A stretch of 64,000 nucleotides of DNA, taken from assembly GCF_000189555.1 (NCBI RefSeq), contig NC_017276.1, one strand, 5' to 3'. Below are positions 34,136 to 44,366 of this stretch, one piece after another; position 1 is the first letter of the stretch; each line of letters starts with the position of its first letter. Source of the stretch: Saccharolobus islandicus REY15A. Its GTDB lineage: Archaea; Thermoproteota; Thermoprotei_A; Sulfolobales; Sulfolobaceae. Below the pieces are notes generated by a model. It saw only the letters and a program-made list of their open reading frames with translations. It did no database searches and was not told the DNA's origin. The translations under genes were made by a program, and so were the position numbers.

Positions 34136-35393
34136 AATAAGGGGGATTTATGCTACAGCGTTAACGTCAATTTTTTCTTCTCTTTCATATGAAATTGTAC
34201 AACAATCTGTGGAGATAGCTGAGCGATTTATGCGGGAAGTAAATAATTTACCAGCAGACATTACCATAAAGGATTTTGAGTATGATAGAGGCAAGATTAT
34301 CGTGATGGGAAATGGAACTATTGAGGAGGACCTACATGATGTATTTAAGTACTCATTCCACTGGAAAAGTCCTATCAAACTATACTCGGTAATAGAAGCA
34401 GACGAAAGTTGCACCTACGGTAACTTTAAAGTAGAACCATGCCTAGAAGAGGGAATCGTTATAAAACCGCCTTATGATGGAAAAATAGTATTAAGTGAGA
34501 CTAAGGCTGTAAGTAAGTACGCAATGGTATGGAGAGGGAAGGGAGTAACTACTTTTTCTCAGCATATCAACAATGAGGAGGAAAGACTGAGGCTACTAAC
34601 CTTAAGTTCACCTCTTAATAGAAAAGGATATAACGTAAAGTGGAGAAGTAATGCAAAATATGCAACACTAAATGAATTAAAGGAAGATCTAGAGAGATTA
34701 GTATTGAGGTATGAAAATAGGGAGTTTAAAGATCAAGGAGAGGATTTCTATTTAATAACCCTTTCATTACCGGATAAACTGCATTTAGATGAAGTCAGAA
34801 AGAGCATAGTTAACACTGTTAAGTACCATCATATGTTAAAGTTAAGTTATAATAGGGAAGTGGACTCCTTAGAAAAGGATAAGGAAGGTTCTCCAGTTAA
34901 ATTATTAGAAGCACTAATTTCCGATTTCATGAAGATTGAGCACATTAAGGCTGATGGAAAAGCGATCTACCTAAGAGGTGGGAAAGTAATTGAGAAGGAA
35001 GTTAATAATGACGGATATAGAATCACTCTTAGGCGTGAGATTAACGGTAATGGAGTTCTTGATGGTATAGGAAAAAGAATAGAGAATGGCGACTATGATA
35101 TTGTAGAGTACAATTCTGATAAGTGGTATCAGATTCATAGGTATTATAGTGGTATAGATAACTCGTTAAAGGGAATCTATATTAATATATCAACACCACC
35201 AGAATTACTTAGAGGGAAAATAAGGTACTTAGATTTGGAAATTGATATTGCAATTAGAGATTCAGAAATAATAGTATTGGATGAGGATGAGCTAAACAAA
35301 AAAAGCATTTACATGCACTCTTCACTAGTAAATAAAGCTAAGGAAGTTGCTAATTATTTAATAGATTGTATTCAACAAAATAAGCTGATTTAA
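34119..35393 (+). CDS. fau-1: FAU-1 RNA-binding protein/RNase (DUF402)
   Basis: VRIRGIYATALT N-terminus; YINISTPPE...YLDLEID DUF402 C-terminus. Confidence 0.85.
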   Translation: MKGRVRIRGIYATALTSIFSSLSYEIVQQSVEIAERFMREVNNLPADITIKDFEYDRGKIIVMGNGTIEEDLHDVFKYSFHWKSPIKLYSVIEADESCTYGNFKVEPCLEEGIVIKPPYDGKIVLSETKAVSKYAMVWRGKGVTTFSQHINNEEERLRLLTLSSPLNRKGYNVKWRSNAKYATLNELKEDLERLVLRYENREFKDQGEDFYLITLSLPDKLHLDEVRKSIVNTVKYHHMLKLSYNREVDSLEKDKEGSPVKLLEALISDFMKIEHIKADGKAIYLRGGKVIEKEVNNDGYRITLRREINGNGVLDGIGKRIENGDYDIVEYNSDKWYQIHRYYSGIDNSLKGIYINISTPPELLRGKIRYLDLEIDIAIRDSEIIVLDEDELNKKSIYMHSSLVNKAKEVANYLIDCIQQNKLI

Positions 35394-35550
35394 TAGAATT
35401 ATAGCCAAGATATTCTATAAAGTAAATGTCGTCATTGATTAAAAACTATTCAATCTTCTAGGAAAATATATAATGACAAATTAGCTTTTTGTTTAGTGTG
35501 ATCAACGTTAAATAAGAAATAATTAAATATTACTAAGATGAGATATACAT

Positions 35551-36102
35551 ATGAAATTAAATGGAATTGACATTTCATCTATAATTTCAACTGAAACTAG
35601 TCACATAATAACTAGGTATGAGTTCGTGGATTCCTTTGCGGAGGAATTTCCAGCATATGTATCATATGATTTAAATAATAACGTTCTGCGAAAGCTCATA
35701 ATATTTGATCCTCCAAAAATTGGTTTTAACTTCTATCCTAATTACAAATATACTGTAAAGATAATTAAAAGTACTGATAACTTATACTCACTTAAAGGTA
35801 GTGATAAAGTACTGATAGCACTAAAAGCCTACAAAAAGGTCATAGGAGAAATGAGTGGATTGATGACAAAACTGCATTTTCTTGGAATAAAGAATGAAAG
35901 ACTCTATCGAATGTTAATTTTAAATGACGTACCAATCATAGCGTCCAATAAAAAGGAATTGATAGACAAATTAATAGATTATTTAAAAGAAAATTATTAT
36001 GTTAAAGTCTCTAATATACCTACAATTGTTGATGGGATTGAATATAAGGAAAGAAATGATATAAAGGTTTTAGACGTAGATTACGCTGCCATCATTCCCT
36101 AA
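35551..36102 (+). CDS. Hypothetical protein
   Basis: 183-aa ORF converging on arnB. Confidence 0.7.
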   Translation: MKLNGIDISSIISTETSHIITRYEFVDSFAEEFPAYVSYDLNNNVLRKLIIFDPPKIGFNFYPNYKYTVKIIKSTDNLYSLKGSDKVLIALKAYKKVIGEMSGLMTKLHFLGIKNERLYRMLILNDVPIIASNKKELIDKLIDYLKENYYVKVSNIPTIVDGIEYKERNDIKVLDVDYAAIIP

Positions 36103-37234
36103 GCTTTCTAGTAACCTCACTAGTAACTTCTTTTGATAGCCTTTTAGTCTGTTCAACAGTACCTATCCTTTTAGTGGTCTCTAATCCCTCTGACAACCTT
36201 CTAGTAGTCTCCATGAAGTCTATCCTCCTAGTCTGTTGGGCTATTTCATTTAGTTGATTAAGAGTTTTCGTAGCCTCAATCAATTGTTCAGCTTGAACTT
36301 GCTTAGCGTACTTATCCAACAGTTCGTAATACCTATATTCATTTATCACATCATTATTTATACCAGATACAAAGGTGTTTTGATCCTGCGCCCTCTTAAC
36401 TTGAACAACTTGCAGTAACGATTCAAGTTTATTGGTTACTGGATCCTCATAATTGACTTTCACAGTTAAGAAGCTACCCTCATAATTGGCTGGTAAAATG
36501 GTTTCTCCAAAGATTTTGATAACATTTTCTATACCATTCACTTTTACGGGTGTTGTAGCGTAATTCAAAAGTTTCACATTACCCTCAGCAGCTATATCAA
36601 CTGTAACGTTCTTTGCAGCTATTTGCGTTACAGCCTTTTGAGGAAGCTTTTGAGGTATCTCATTAGCATCTGAAATATGATACATTACTCCACTTGTCTT
36701 ATCGCTAATACTCTGTAACAATTGTTCATTGTAATCATCTCCAATTCCGAAGGAATACACTTGCATTTTTTCGAAATAAGGTAACTTTAGATAGTTCCCC
36801 ACATTCGTCTCATCAGTTGGGTTACCATCAGTTAGCAGTAATAGGTAAGTTGGCATTTGATACTTCTTTGCTAAACTATTTGCAGTTAAGATAGCGGTGT
36901 AAAGTGCAGTTTGCCCTCCTGCAGCTATCTGTAGTATCTCATTGGTTAAGTCTAGAGGGTCAACGAATTCCTTAATCACGGTCACATTTGATGAGAAAGT
37001 TATGAAGGAAACCTTATTACCCTTAGGTATTCTCTTAAATAGCTCTATGGCACCTTGTTTAGCTAACTCTATTTTATATCCAGTCATGGACCCACTAGTA
37101 TCAAGGGCCACAATGTAATGGAAGCCCGTAGCTGAACCCAATTTCTCTGGAACTAATAATACCTTGAAAATGTACCTAACATCTCCGCTAAATGAGTACT
37201 TATGACTTGTATCTACTCTTAATGAAAGAGTCAC
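36092..37234 (-). CDS. arnB: vWA-domain archaellum regulator ArnB
   Basis: MIDAS DTSGS, GQT, TDG; C-terminal TRR/TKK helices; same strand and operon as the FHA gene. Confidence 0.75.
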   Translation of the reverse strand: MTLSLRVDTSHKYSFSGDVRYIFKVLLVPEKLGSATGFHYIVALDTSGSMTGYKIELAKQGAIELFKRIPKGNKVSFITFSSNVTVIKEFVDPLDLTNEILQIAAGGQTALYTAILTANSLAKKYQMPTYLLLLTDGNPTDETNVGNYLKLPYFEKMQVYSFGIGDDYNEQLLQSISDKTSGVMYHISDANEIPQKLPQKAVTQIAAKNVTVDIAAEGNVKLLNYATTPVKVNGIENVIKIFGETILPANYEGSFLTVKVNYEDPVTNKLESLLQVVQVKRAQDQNTFVSGINNDVINEYRYYELLDKYAKQVQAEQLIEATKTLNQLNEIAQQTRRIDFMETTRRLSEGLETTKRIGTVEQTKRLSKEVTSEVTRKLRE

Positions 37235-37244
37235 ATCACATCAC

Positions 37245-38054
37245 CTAAACATACGCGTAATCAAATCCCCCCTCTTTTCTCATAACTAAAATTCCAGCCC
37301 TCATGTGATGATACCTACTGGAAAAAACCGTAATTACTTTACCACTCATGTCAGTCCTAAAACCATCTGCTACTTCATGCCCTCTTATTATACCTTTTAA
37401 AGAATTATTCTCCAAGAAATTATCAACGACACGTTTTCCAAAGAAATATATTCCCTCCCCCCTTATACTAGGTAAGAAGTCTAAATCGTCAATTCCTTCT
37501 CTCGGATCGTTCCACAATAATTGAAAGGCTATCGGGTTATCTGGATTTACGTCTGGTCTGGGTAATTTCTTAATCTCCTCAACCTTCTCTAAACCCATTG
37601 GCAAACCTCCATGAACGCAAAAATACCCATTAACTACAGCAGCATAGGGCATATAGGAGAAAAGCTCAATAAACATTTCGTAGTTTTCTTCCCCCAATTT
37701 TTCCTTAACCTCCTCCTTAAATCCATAATACTCATTGGTTATTGGACTCTCGTGATTCCCTCTCAATACTATATACTTATTAGGATTCTCTACCATCTTA
37801 CGTAAGATTAAGAGTAAGTTTCCCAATTGATCCTCTCCCCTATCAACGTAATCCCCCAAAAACACTACTAAATCAGCGTTATCAGCGAAATCGGAAAAAA
37901 CCTTACTGGTAACGTCAATTGCACCGTGAGTATCTCCAACAAAAATCACGTTACCGTTGACTTCAAAATTTCCCGTAAATGGGGAATCGTATTTGGATTT
38001 ATACATTTCAACAGCACTACCCACAACGCTCTTAACTTCATCTAAATTCATCAT
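37245..38054 (-). CDS. PPP-family Ser/Thr protein phosphatase (PP2A-like)
   Basis: GDTHG, GDYVDRG, RGNHE, HGG, RGH motifs. Confidence 0.92.
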   Translation of the reverse strand: MMNLDEVKSVVGSAVEMYKSKYDSPFTGNFEVNGNVIFVGDTHGAIDVTSKVFSDFADNADLVVFLGDYVDRGEDQLGNLLLILRKMVENPNKYIVLRGNHESPITNEYYGFKEEVKEKLGEENYEMFIELFSYMPYAAVVNGYFCVHGGLPMGLEKVEEIKKLPRPDVNPDNPIAFQLLWNDPREGIDDLDFLPSIRGEGIYFFGKRVVDNFLENNSLKGIIRGHEVADGFRTDMSGKVITVFSSRYHHMRAGILVMRKEGGFDYAYV

Positions 38055-38677
38055 TCTCCCACAATTCTCACTACAGTATTATTACCTAGTTTTATAATTG
38101 AATTAGGCTGAACCTTAACCTTCCCCTTCACTGGCTGAAATACTTTTCCATCATAGATATAAGTACCATTAGTGCTGTTCAGATCCTCTAGGTACAACTC
38201 GTTGTTCTCAAAACTAATAATTGCGTGTTTTCTAGATACCTCGGGATCTGGGATAACTATTACGTTTTCTGGACTTCTGCCTATGGATATTGAGGGAAAT
38301 ATATCGAAATCTAGGGGTAATTTAGTCTTATTAAATGCTGGATTAGGAGTATTGATGAAAAGGAGATAATATTTACTTACAGTAGTTGTAGCTGGCTGAG
38401 GCTGTTCAAGTTTTGGTTCACTAGGCTGTTCAACTACCACTTGCTGAGGTGTCTGTTGCTCGGCTACTGGCTGTTGTTCTGATGTTGTAGATTGTTGAGC
38501 AAGTTGTTGCTCAGCTGCTGGCTGTTGCTCCACTGACTGTTGTCCACTTGCTTGATTTTCAACGGAAGGTACTGGAGCTTGCTCTGCTTGTTGCTCTGGT
38601 TTTTTAGTACCACATTTGATGCAAAATAGAGAGTCGTCCGCATTTTCATAACCGCAAACTGGACATTTCCATGTCAT
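38051..38677 (-). CDS. arnA: Zinc-ribbon + FHA archaellum regulator ArnA
   Basis: WKCPVCG...FCIKCG, Gln/Pro-rich linker, FHA motifs GRS, SRKHA, NSTNGT. Confidence 0.85.
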   Translation of the reverse strand: MTWKCPVCGYENADDSLFCIKCGTKKPEQQAEQAPVPSVENQASGQQSVEQQPAAEQQLAQQSTTSEQQPVAEQQTPQQVVVEQPSEPKLEQPQPATTTVSKYYLLFINTPNPAFNKTKLPLDFDIFPSISIGRSPENVIVIPDPEVSRKHAIISFENNELYLEDLNSTNGTYIYDGKVFQPVKGKVKVQPNSIIKLGNNTVVRIVGE

Positions 38678-38731
38678 GTTTGTATAAAAGGCGTCATAGT
38701 ACTTAAAAATTTCTACTATAATATCTTAGAT

Positions 38732-39802
38732 ATGACTATTGCTATTAACCTTAAACAATCACATACTTACGCTTATAGCGATAGACCAACTGAAGTAGGC
38801 TTTGTCATTTACATAACCCCTCAGCAAAGTTCAGTAACAAGTAGCATACACTATATCATAATGATTGATAACAGTCCATCAATGCGTGGTGAAAAGCTAA
38901 ATACTGCAGTACAATCAGCCCAAAAGCTTTTATATAATTTAAATGAGGGAAACTACGTAACACTAATTCTCTTCTCTAACCATCCTGAAATAAAGTATCA
39001 AGGACCAGCTAAAGGAATAATAACTTTCGACGTAGGTAAAGGATATACCACTAGGCTTCATGAAGCCGTTAGCTTCACCATTAACCTAGCTAAACAATCA
39101 CAAGTACCTACTAAGATCATCATGCTAACTGACGGAAAACCAACTGATAAGAGGAACGTTAAGGATTATGAAAAACTTGATATTCCACCAAACACTCAAA
39201 TAATTACAATAGGAATAGGCAATGATTATAATGAAAGAATCTTAAAGAAATTAGCAGATAGATCATCAGGAAAATTTTACCATATAAAAGACATATCTGA
39301 ATTGCCTAATATTTTTGAGAGCCAAAGAACCACATCAACATATGCACATAATTTGAATTTAATAGTTCCTCAAGGCTTTATGCCTTTTAATTACGATCTT
39401 CCCATAAGAATACCAATAGTAGAAAAGCTAATTGCAGTCTATGGAAGTTTCGTCATACCTGCTGGAAAGGAACCATACACGATTACGTTCAGTGCAGACT
39501 ATATCGACCCTATAGATAATCAAAGAAAGACGGTAACAAAAAGCGTTATTTTACAAAGAGGTAATCCGCAATTTGTGGAAAGCCATGCGGATAGAGATGT
39601 GATACTGGAGATTAGATACTATAGATTACTAAGAGAATACTCAGAAGCTTTAGAGGCTGGAAAAGATGCAACCAAAGTGCTCAATGAGTTAAAGAGAGTT
39701 GCCGAAGAAACTAGAAGACCAGAATTAATTGAGGAGACTAAAAAGTTGAGTAATGATAGTAAGAGTGATTTATCAGAAATAACTAGAAAGATGCGACAAT
39801 GA
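38732..39802 (+). CDS. vWA-domain protein (vWA2, ArnB paralog)
   Basis: DNSPS MIDAS, TDGKPTD; divergent from arnA. Confidence 0.8.
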   Translation: MTIAINLKQSHTYAYSDRPTEVGFVIYITPQQSSVTSSIHYIIMIDNSPSMRGEKLNTAVQSAQKLLYNLNEGNYVTLILFSNHPEIKYQGPAKGIITFDVGKGYTTRLHEAVSFTINLAKQSQVPTKIIMLTDGKPTDKRNVKDYEKLDIPPNTQIITIGIGNDYNERILKKLADRSSGKFYHIKDISELPNIFESQRTTSTYAHNLNLIVPQGFMPFNYDLPIRIPIVEKLIAVYGSFVIPAGKEPYTITFSADYIDPIDNQRKTVTKSVILQRGNPQFVESHADRDVILEIRYYRLLREYSEALEAGKDATKVLNELKRVAEETRRPELIEETKKLSNDSKSDLSEITRKMRQ

Positions 39803-40722
39803 TCTTAGGTAAAGCTTTAGCAAGATATTTCACAAACACTCTTGGAATAGAAACATTAAAAATTTCTACTATGAAAAAACTATTCAAAACTGGATATCTA
39901 CAATCAATTGCAATAAACATGCTTCTTTACGATTATGGAATATCTAAAAAACGCGATTATGGTAAGGTTACATCTGTTGAAGAAAAGATAAAGATTCTAA
40001 AAGGAAGAGGAGAGGAAATTACGGATTACGTTTTGTTAAAAAATGGGGAGATAAAGATACCCAGTAACATAATACCGAAAAGTCCGCAATTCATAATAGA
40101 TTTAGGGAATATTGACTTATTACAAGACGAGGAGAAAACAAGTCTAGAACAACAAATACAAGTTTCGATAAAAACCATTAGGGAGTACTTGTTTGACTAT
40201 AATCTGAAGTTAGCTCATACTCCAGATTCTTTCAAATTGGAGGGTAGAAATAAAATAGAGATTCTTAATCACATCCCTAAAGATAATGCCATTGTGCTAA
40301 ACCCTTATGGTGACACGATTGCAAATGAGGAGATAATAAGGAATACTAAGTTTTTCATAATTGGGGGGATAGTTGATAAGGGAAGAAGACTTAAGAACGC
40401 GACCTATGAACTATCAAGAAAATATGGATATGATGAGTTACCACAAGTCAAGATTTCGTTAAGAAATTCTACAGTAGGAGTCCCAGATAGAATAAATTCT
40501 ATTATAGAGATACTATTAAAAGTCATTGTAGGATATAACCTAGAAGAGGCTATTATATCAACCCAATCAAATGCTGACAAAGTGAGCAGGTTAATTAGGG
40601 AATTGAATATGTTAGAGAAATTTGATTATGATGCAATAACTGGTTTAAAAAATTGGCTAAAAATTGACGATAAATTATTGAAATTAGCGCTGAAGAAAAG
40701 TAAGTTTAACACTCATATCTAA
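39799..40722 (+). CDS. trm10: tRNA m1A9/m1G9 methyltransferase Trm10
   Basis: SPOUT motifs VLNPYGD, FIIGGIVD, VPDRIN. Confidence 0.8.
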   Translation: MILGKALARYFTNTLGIETLKISTMKKLFKTGYLQSIAINMLLYDYGISKKRDYGKVTSVEEKIKILKGRGEEITDYVLLKNGEIKIPSNIIPKSPQFIIDLGNIDLLQDEEKTSLEQQIQVSIKTIREYLFDYNLKLAHTPDSFKLEGRNKIEILNHIPKDNAIVLNPYGDTIANEEIIRNTKFFIIGGIVDKGRRLKNATYELSRKYGYDELPQVKISLRNSTVGVPDRINSIIEILLKVIVGYNLEEAIISTQSNADKVSRLIRELNMLEKFDYDAITGLKNWLKIDDKLLKLALKKSKFNTHI

Positions 40723-40751
40723 TGAGGAGTAAAGGTTCCTTACATTGCATA

Positions 40752-41069
40752 TCAATCAAACTCTTCTTGAATCTTCTTCCTCCCTTCAATAAACTTTCTG
40801 GGGAATGGTATTTCCTTGACTTCCTCTATCTTGATACCACTACTTCGTAGCTCCTCTACTGCCTTTTTTAGATCCTCCTCGTGAGTGGCGTACTTTACCG
40901 CTTCTTTCACTTTGTTAATAGAAGGATCATTGCTCCTGAATCTCTCAGCACTAACGCTAACCCAATTATTATTGTTCTTATAAACGAAAACAACATCTTG
41001 TAAGTATCCTTGAATTACGTGCTCTACACCAGCTATGTAATAATCACCTATCTTGTAAACCTTTACCAT
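40752..41069 (-). CDS. Hypothetical protein
   Basis: 105 aa from MVKVYK. Confidence 0.7.
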   Translation of the reverse strand: MVKVYKIGDYYIAGVEHVIQGYLQDVVFVYKNNNNWVSVSAERFRSNDPSINKVKEAVKYATHEEDLKKAVEELRSSGIKIEEVKEIPFPRKFIEGRKKIQEEFD

Positions 41070-41107
41070 CAATATCTTTAATAACACGTAGAAACTTAAA
41101 ATTATTC

Positions 41108-41845
41108 ATGAAAAGTTACAGTGTAGATTACGTCATTAAGGCTATTTCGACATTATTAGAGGATGGTGAATTAGTATATATTGGCTTAAATTCAATCCCA
41201 TCGCTAATTGCATCTTTCATGGCCAGGGACCTTTACGGAAAAAAGATAAGAATAATAGGAGTAGCTGAAGCCTCAAATCCATCAAGAGTTTTATTATCAC
41301 CATCTACCGGAAATCCATTCTTCGTTGAAGCCGCTCCAGTTATAATTACTGCTGACGCATTTGACTTTGCCCAGAAAGGTAAACTGGATGTCATGTTCTT
41401 AGGTCCAGCCCAAATAGACGAGGAAACTAATGTAAATTTAACTATGATTGGAAATGACTACTATAATCCTAAAGTTAAATTACCCGGTGGAGCAGCAACA
41501 GCGTTTATCCTGCCCCTTTCTAAAAAGGCAATACTATGGAACCTAAAACACTCTAAGCGATCTCTTGTCAAAAAGGTGGACTTCATAACTGGAACAGCAA
41601 AGTTTTCAAATAATAAAGTATTCGTAGTGACAAATTTGGGAGTCTTAGCGTATAATAGAGAGGATAGAAAATGGCACTTAGAGGGGATCTATCCATTTAG
41701 CTCATATGAGAAAGTAGTAGAGAATACTGACTTTGAGGTAAAGAGAAAAGATAGTGAAAGGTTGATAGATCTGACTAATGAAGATTTGAGATTCATCAAT
41801 GATATGGATCCTTATAACCTTAGAAGTGCTCTAGAAACTCTATGA
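41108..41845 (+). CDS. Family I CoA-transferase beta subunit (GctB-like)
   Basis: VYIG, MFLGPAQIDEETNVN, LPGGAA, VTNLGV. Confidence 0.85.
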   Translation: MKSYSVDYVIKAISTLLEDGELVYIGLNSIPSLIASFMARDLYGKKIRIIGVAEASNPSRVLLSPSTGNPFFVEAAPVIITADAFDFAQKGKLDVMFLGPAQIDEETNVNLTMIGNDYYNPKVKLPGGAATAFILPLSKKAILWNLKHSKRSLVKKVDFITGTAKFSNNKVFVVTNLGVLAYNREDRKWHLEGIYPFSSYEKVVENTDFEVKRKDSERLIDLTNEDLRFINDMDPYNLRSALETL

Positions 41846-42581
41846 TTTTCTCATAATCTGCATCATAATACGGGAACATACTAGTTGGCTCTGCACCCTT
41901 AAGTGCATGAACCACAGCGGTAACATATTCCCCATTAATAGTTGGCCTTCTACCATAAAAGTAGGATCTAGGAACTATCTCCTCAGCAGTTATTATGACT
42001 TTTTTGGATGCTTTTGCTTTATACTCATCTTCATAAAGTGGACCTAGAATCTCTGCATTTCCCTCTTCATCAGCCTTATTTACATGTATAATTGCAACAT
42101 CGGGGTTGATAGCTTTCACAAGTACAATTTTCTCTCCACTGAATGGATCCTCGATAACTTTCCATGTACCTTCTCTTTCATGCATTTTAACTAAATCAGA
42201 CCCTATTATTCCCTTAACCGGCATAAATGGTATACCAAAGCTTCCTGCCCTTATCCCAGCAATGAAAGCACCGCAAGTATCTTCCAACATTTCAACCTCT
42301 CTTTCTTCGATCATTTTCCTAAAATGCCTTGGGATGCTTGAGAACCATTCCAAAGTAGACATGGCTATTCTCAATTTCCTTACCAATCCATATTTCAACA
42401 AGACCTCAAGACCAAAGCCAGGCTCTCTATCTATAAAATAGAGATCCTTAACTCCTCTCTTCACTAAAGCATATATAAATGCCATAGGATTTCTATGTAT
42501 GCTTATACCACTTATTGTCACAGAATCTCCATTCTTCACTAGTTCCACAGCCTCTTCCATTCTCATAAGTTTACTTTCCAT
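41820..42581 (-). CDS. Family I CoA-transferase alpha subunit (GctA-like)
   Basis: LVKNGDSVTISG, RAGSFGIPF, PDVAIIH..KAD..GN; start trimmed to MESKL. Confidence 0.85.
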   Translation of the reverse strand: MESKLMRMEEAVELVKNGDSVTISGISIHRNPMAFIYALVKRGVKDLYFIDREPGFGLEVLLKYGLVRKLRIAMSTLEWFSSIPRHFRKMIEEREVEMLEDTCGAFIAGIRAGSFGIPFMPVKGIIGSDLVKMHEREGTWKVIEDPFSGEKIVLVKAINPDVAIIHVNKADEEGNAEILGPLYEDEYKAKASKKVIITAEEIVPRSYFYGRRPTINGEYVTAVVHALKGAEPTSMFPYYDADYEKIIEFLEHF

Positions 42582-42755
42582 ATTTATAATATCTACAAAA
42601 GATATATATAAGTACCTTCTCCACACAAAATTAGGATACAATTCTCGTTTAAGGGAATTGAGAATAAGAATGTAATACAATTTAGATAAGGCTTGCGAGT
42701 TTTTGTAATGAGGAAAAACTTTATTGTTTATAAAGTTAAATATCTAACTGTGATA

Positions 42756-43169
42756 TTGGTTACAAAATACTCAGAAGTTTGGGATCTAATAACCGGATTA
42801 ACTAGAAAGATAAACAAGGAGACAGATAAGGCTCTTGAGCAAATAGGGCTATCATACTTTGAGTTCAAGGTAATGTGCGCGTTGGAGGAAGAAGGAAAAG
42901 TCCCAATGAGCAGAATAGCTGAGAAATATATGTTGACAAAGGCAGGGTTAACAAGCATAATTGATAGACTTGAAGAGAAAGAACTTGTTAGAAGGGTAAG
43001 AAGTGAAAGTGATAGAAGAGTAATTTATGTTGAATTGACCGAAAAGGGAAGAGAAAAATTAATAGAAAGTAGGAAGATCTTCTTAAATGTCTTATCTTCT
43101 TTTCTAAGCAAATTATCAGAAGATGAAATAAAGGAGTTAGAGAGAATCTTTAGTAAGCTTTTTTCCTAA
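42756..43169 (+). CDS. bldR2: MarR-family regulator (BldR2-like)
   Basis: LTSIIDRLEEKELVRR..SDRRVIYVELTEKG; TATA 42727-42734 supports the TTG start at 42756; symbol from recalled synteny. Confidence 0.65.
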   Translation: MVTKYSEVWDLITGLTRKINKETDKALEQIGLSYFEFKVMCALEEEGKVPMSRIAEKYMLTKAGLTSIIDRLEEKELVRRVRSESDRRVIYVELTEKGREKLIESRKIFLNVLSSFLSKLSEDEIKELERIFSKLFS

Positions 43170-44366
43170 CTACTCGTATCTCAAAGCCTTATTTGGATCT
43201 AGCCTAGATGCGTTATAAGCTGGTCCTAGTGCTGCTATAACACTTAACATTGTAGAAAATATTAGCACTAATAACATAAAGGTAGGAGAATAAATCGGCG
43301 ATACTGAAAGACCCTTTAGAAAACTAAAGCCCAATCCGAAATGCTCTTGTGTTAATACTAATGCTACTACTGAACCTAATGCTAGCCCTATTATACTACC
43401 TATAAATCCCATTACACTGGCCTCAACTAAAAACATTGTGAGTACATCAAACTTTGTAAATCCTATTGCTCTTAATATTCCTATCTCCTTAGTTCTTTCC
43501 ACAACTGTTGTAAACATTGTTGTAGTTACGCCCATAAACGAGACTATGAAAGATGTTGCCCCTGCAGATACTAGCAACCCGTTAAGAGATTGTAAAGTGT
43601 TATCTATTAACTGTATAAATTCCTCAGCTACTACAATATCTAAGGAATTTCCAAATTTCTGTTTTATTTCATTTGCAACTTCATTCACTTCACCTAAAGA
43701 GTTTACTATTATTATTGCTCCACTATAAGAACTCGAAATTGACTGACCGAAAGATAAAGGCACTATTATTGACTTATCTATATCAACTCCGAGAAAACTT
43801 CCATATTCGTTCAAAACTCCAGTTACTAAAAATGTCTTACTGAAATTATTCCCATTATAGAATATAATTGTTTGTATCACTTGATTTGGTCTTATTGGAC
43901 TATATCCTCCTTGCGGATTTCCCAATTGATAACCTATTGAAGCTTCATAACTAACCTCTGCACCTGGAAAATAACCTGATGATAAACTTATAGCCGGAGC
44001 CGCTATCTTAAGTTGGTTTATGTTTACTCCAAATACAGTTGCTCCTTCATAGCCATTGGGTGTTCTAATTAACGCCGGAAACGAATAAAATGGGATGACC
44101 ATTTTGACCCCAGGGATAGTCTCTAATTGGAGTATGAGGTATTGGGATAATGGCAATCCCCTTCCAGTAGGCGTCACGATAATGTCATAGGGTGAGAGAA
44201 AATTCGATATTTGAGAAATTATTGTATGTGAATAACCCAATACCATGGAGTTTATCGAGATTATTGTAGCTGGTCCAACAACTATCCCAAGGATAGTAAG
44301 TATTGCTCTAACCTTTCTTTCTTTTAGTGAGTTCAAAGCATAAGATATAAAATCCAGCATCTTCAT
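43170..44366 (-). CDS. MacB/FtsX-like ABC permease
   Basis: RAILTILGIVVG; VVERTKEIGILRAIG; ASRLDP..ALRYE. Confidence 0.9.
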   Translation of the reverse strand: MKMLDFISYALNSLKERKVRAILTILGIVVGPATIISINSMVLGYSHTIISQISNFLSPYDIIVTPTGRGLPLSQYLILQLETIPGVKMVIPFYSFPALIRTPNGYEGATVFGVNINQLKIAAPAISLSSGYFPGAEVSYEASIGYQLGNPQGGYSPIRPNQVIQTIIFYNGNNFSKTFLVTGVLNEYGSFLGVDIDKSIIVPLSFGQSISSSYSGAIIIVNSLGEVNEVANEIKQKFGNSLDIVVAEEFIQLIDNTLQSLNGLLVSAGATSFIVSFMGVTTTMFTTVVERTKEIGILRAIGFTKFDVLTMFLVEASVMGFIGSIIGLALGSVVALVLTQEHFGLGFSFLKGLSVSPIYSPTFMLLVLIFSTMLSVIAALGPAYNASRLDPNKALRYE

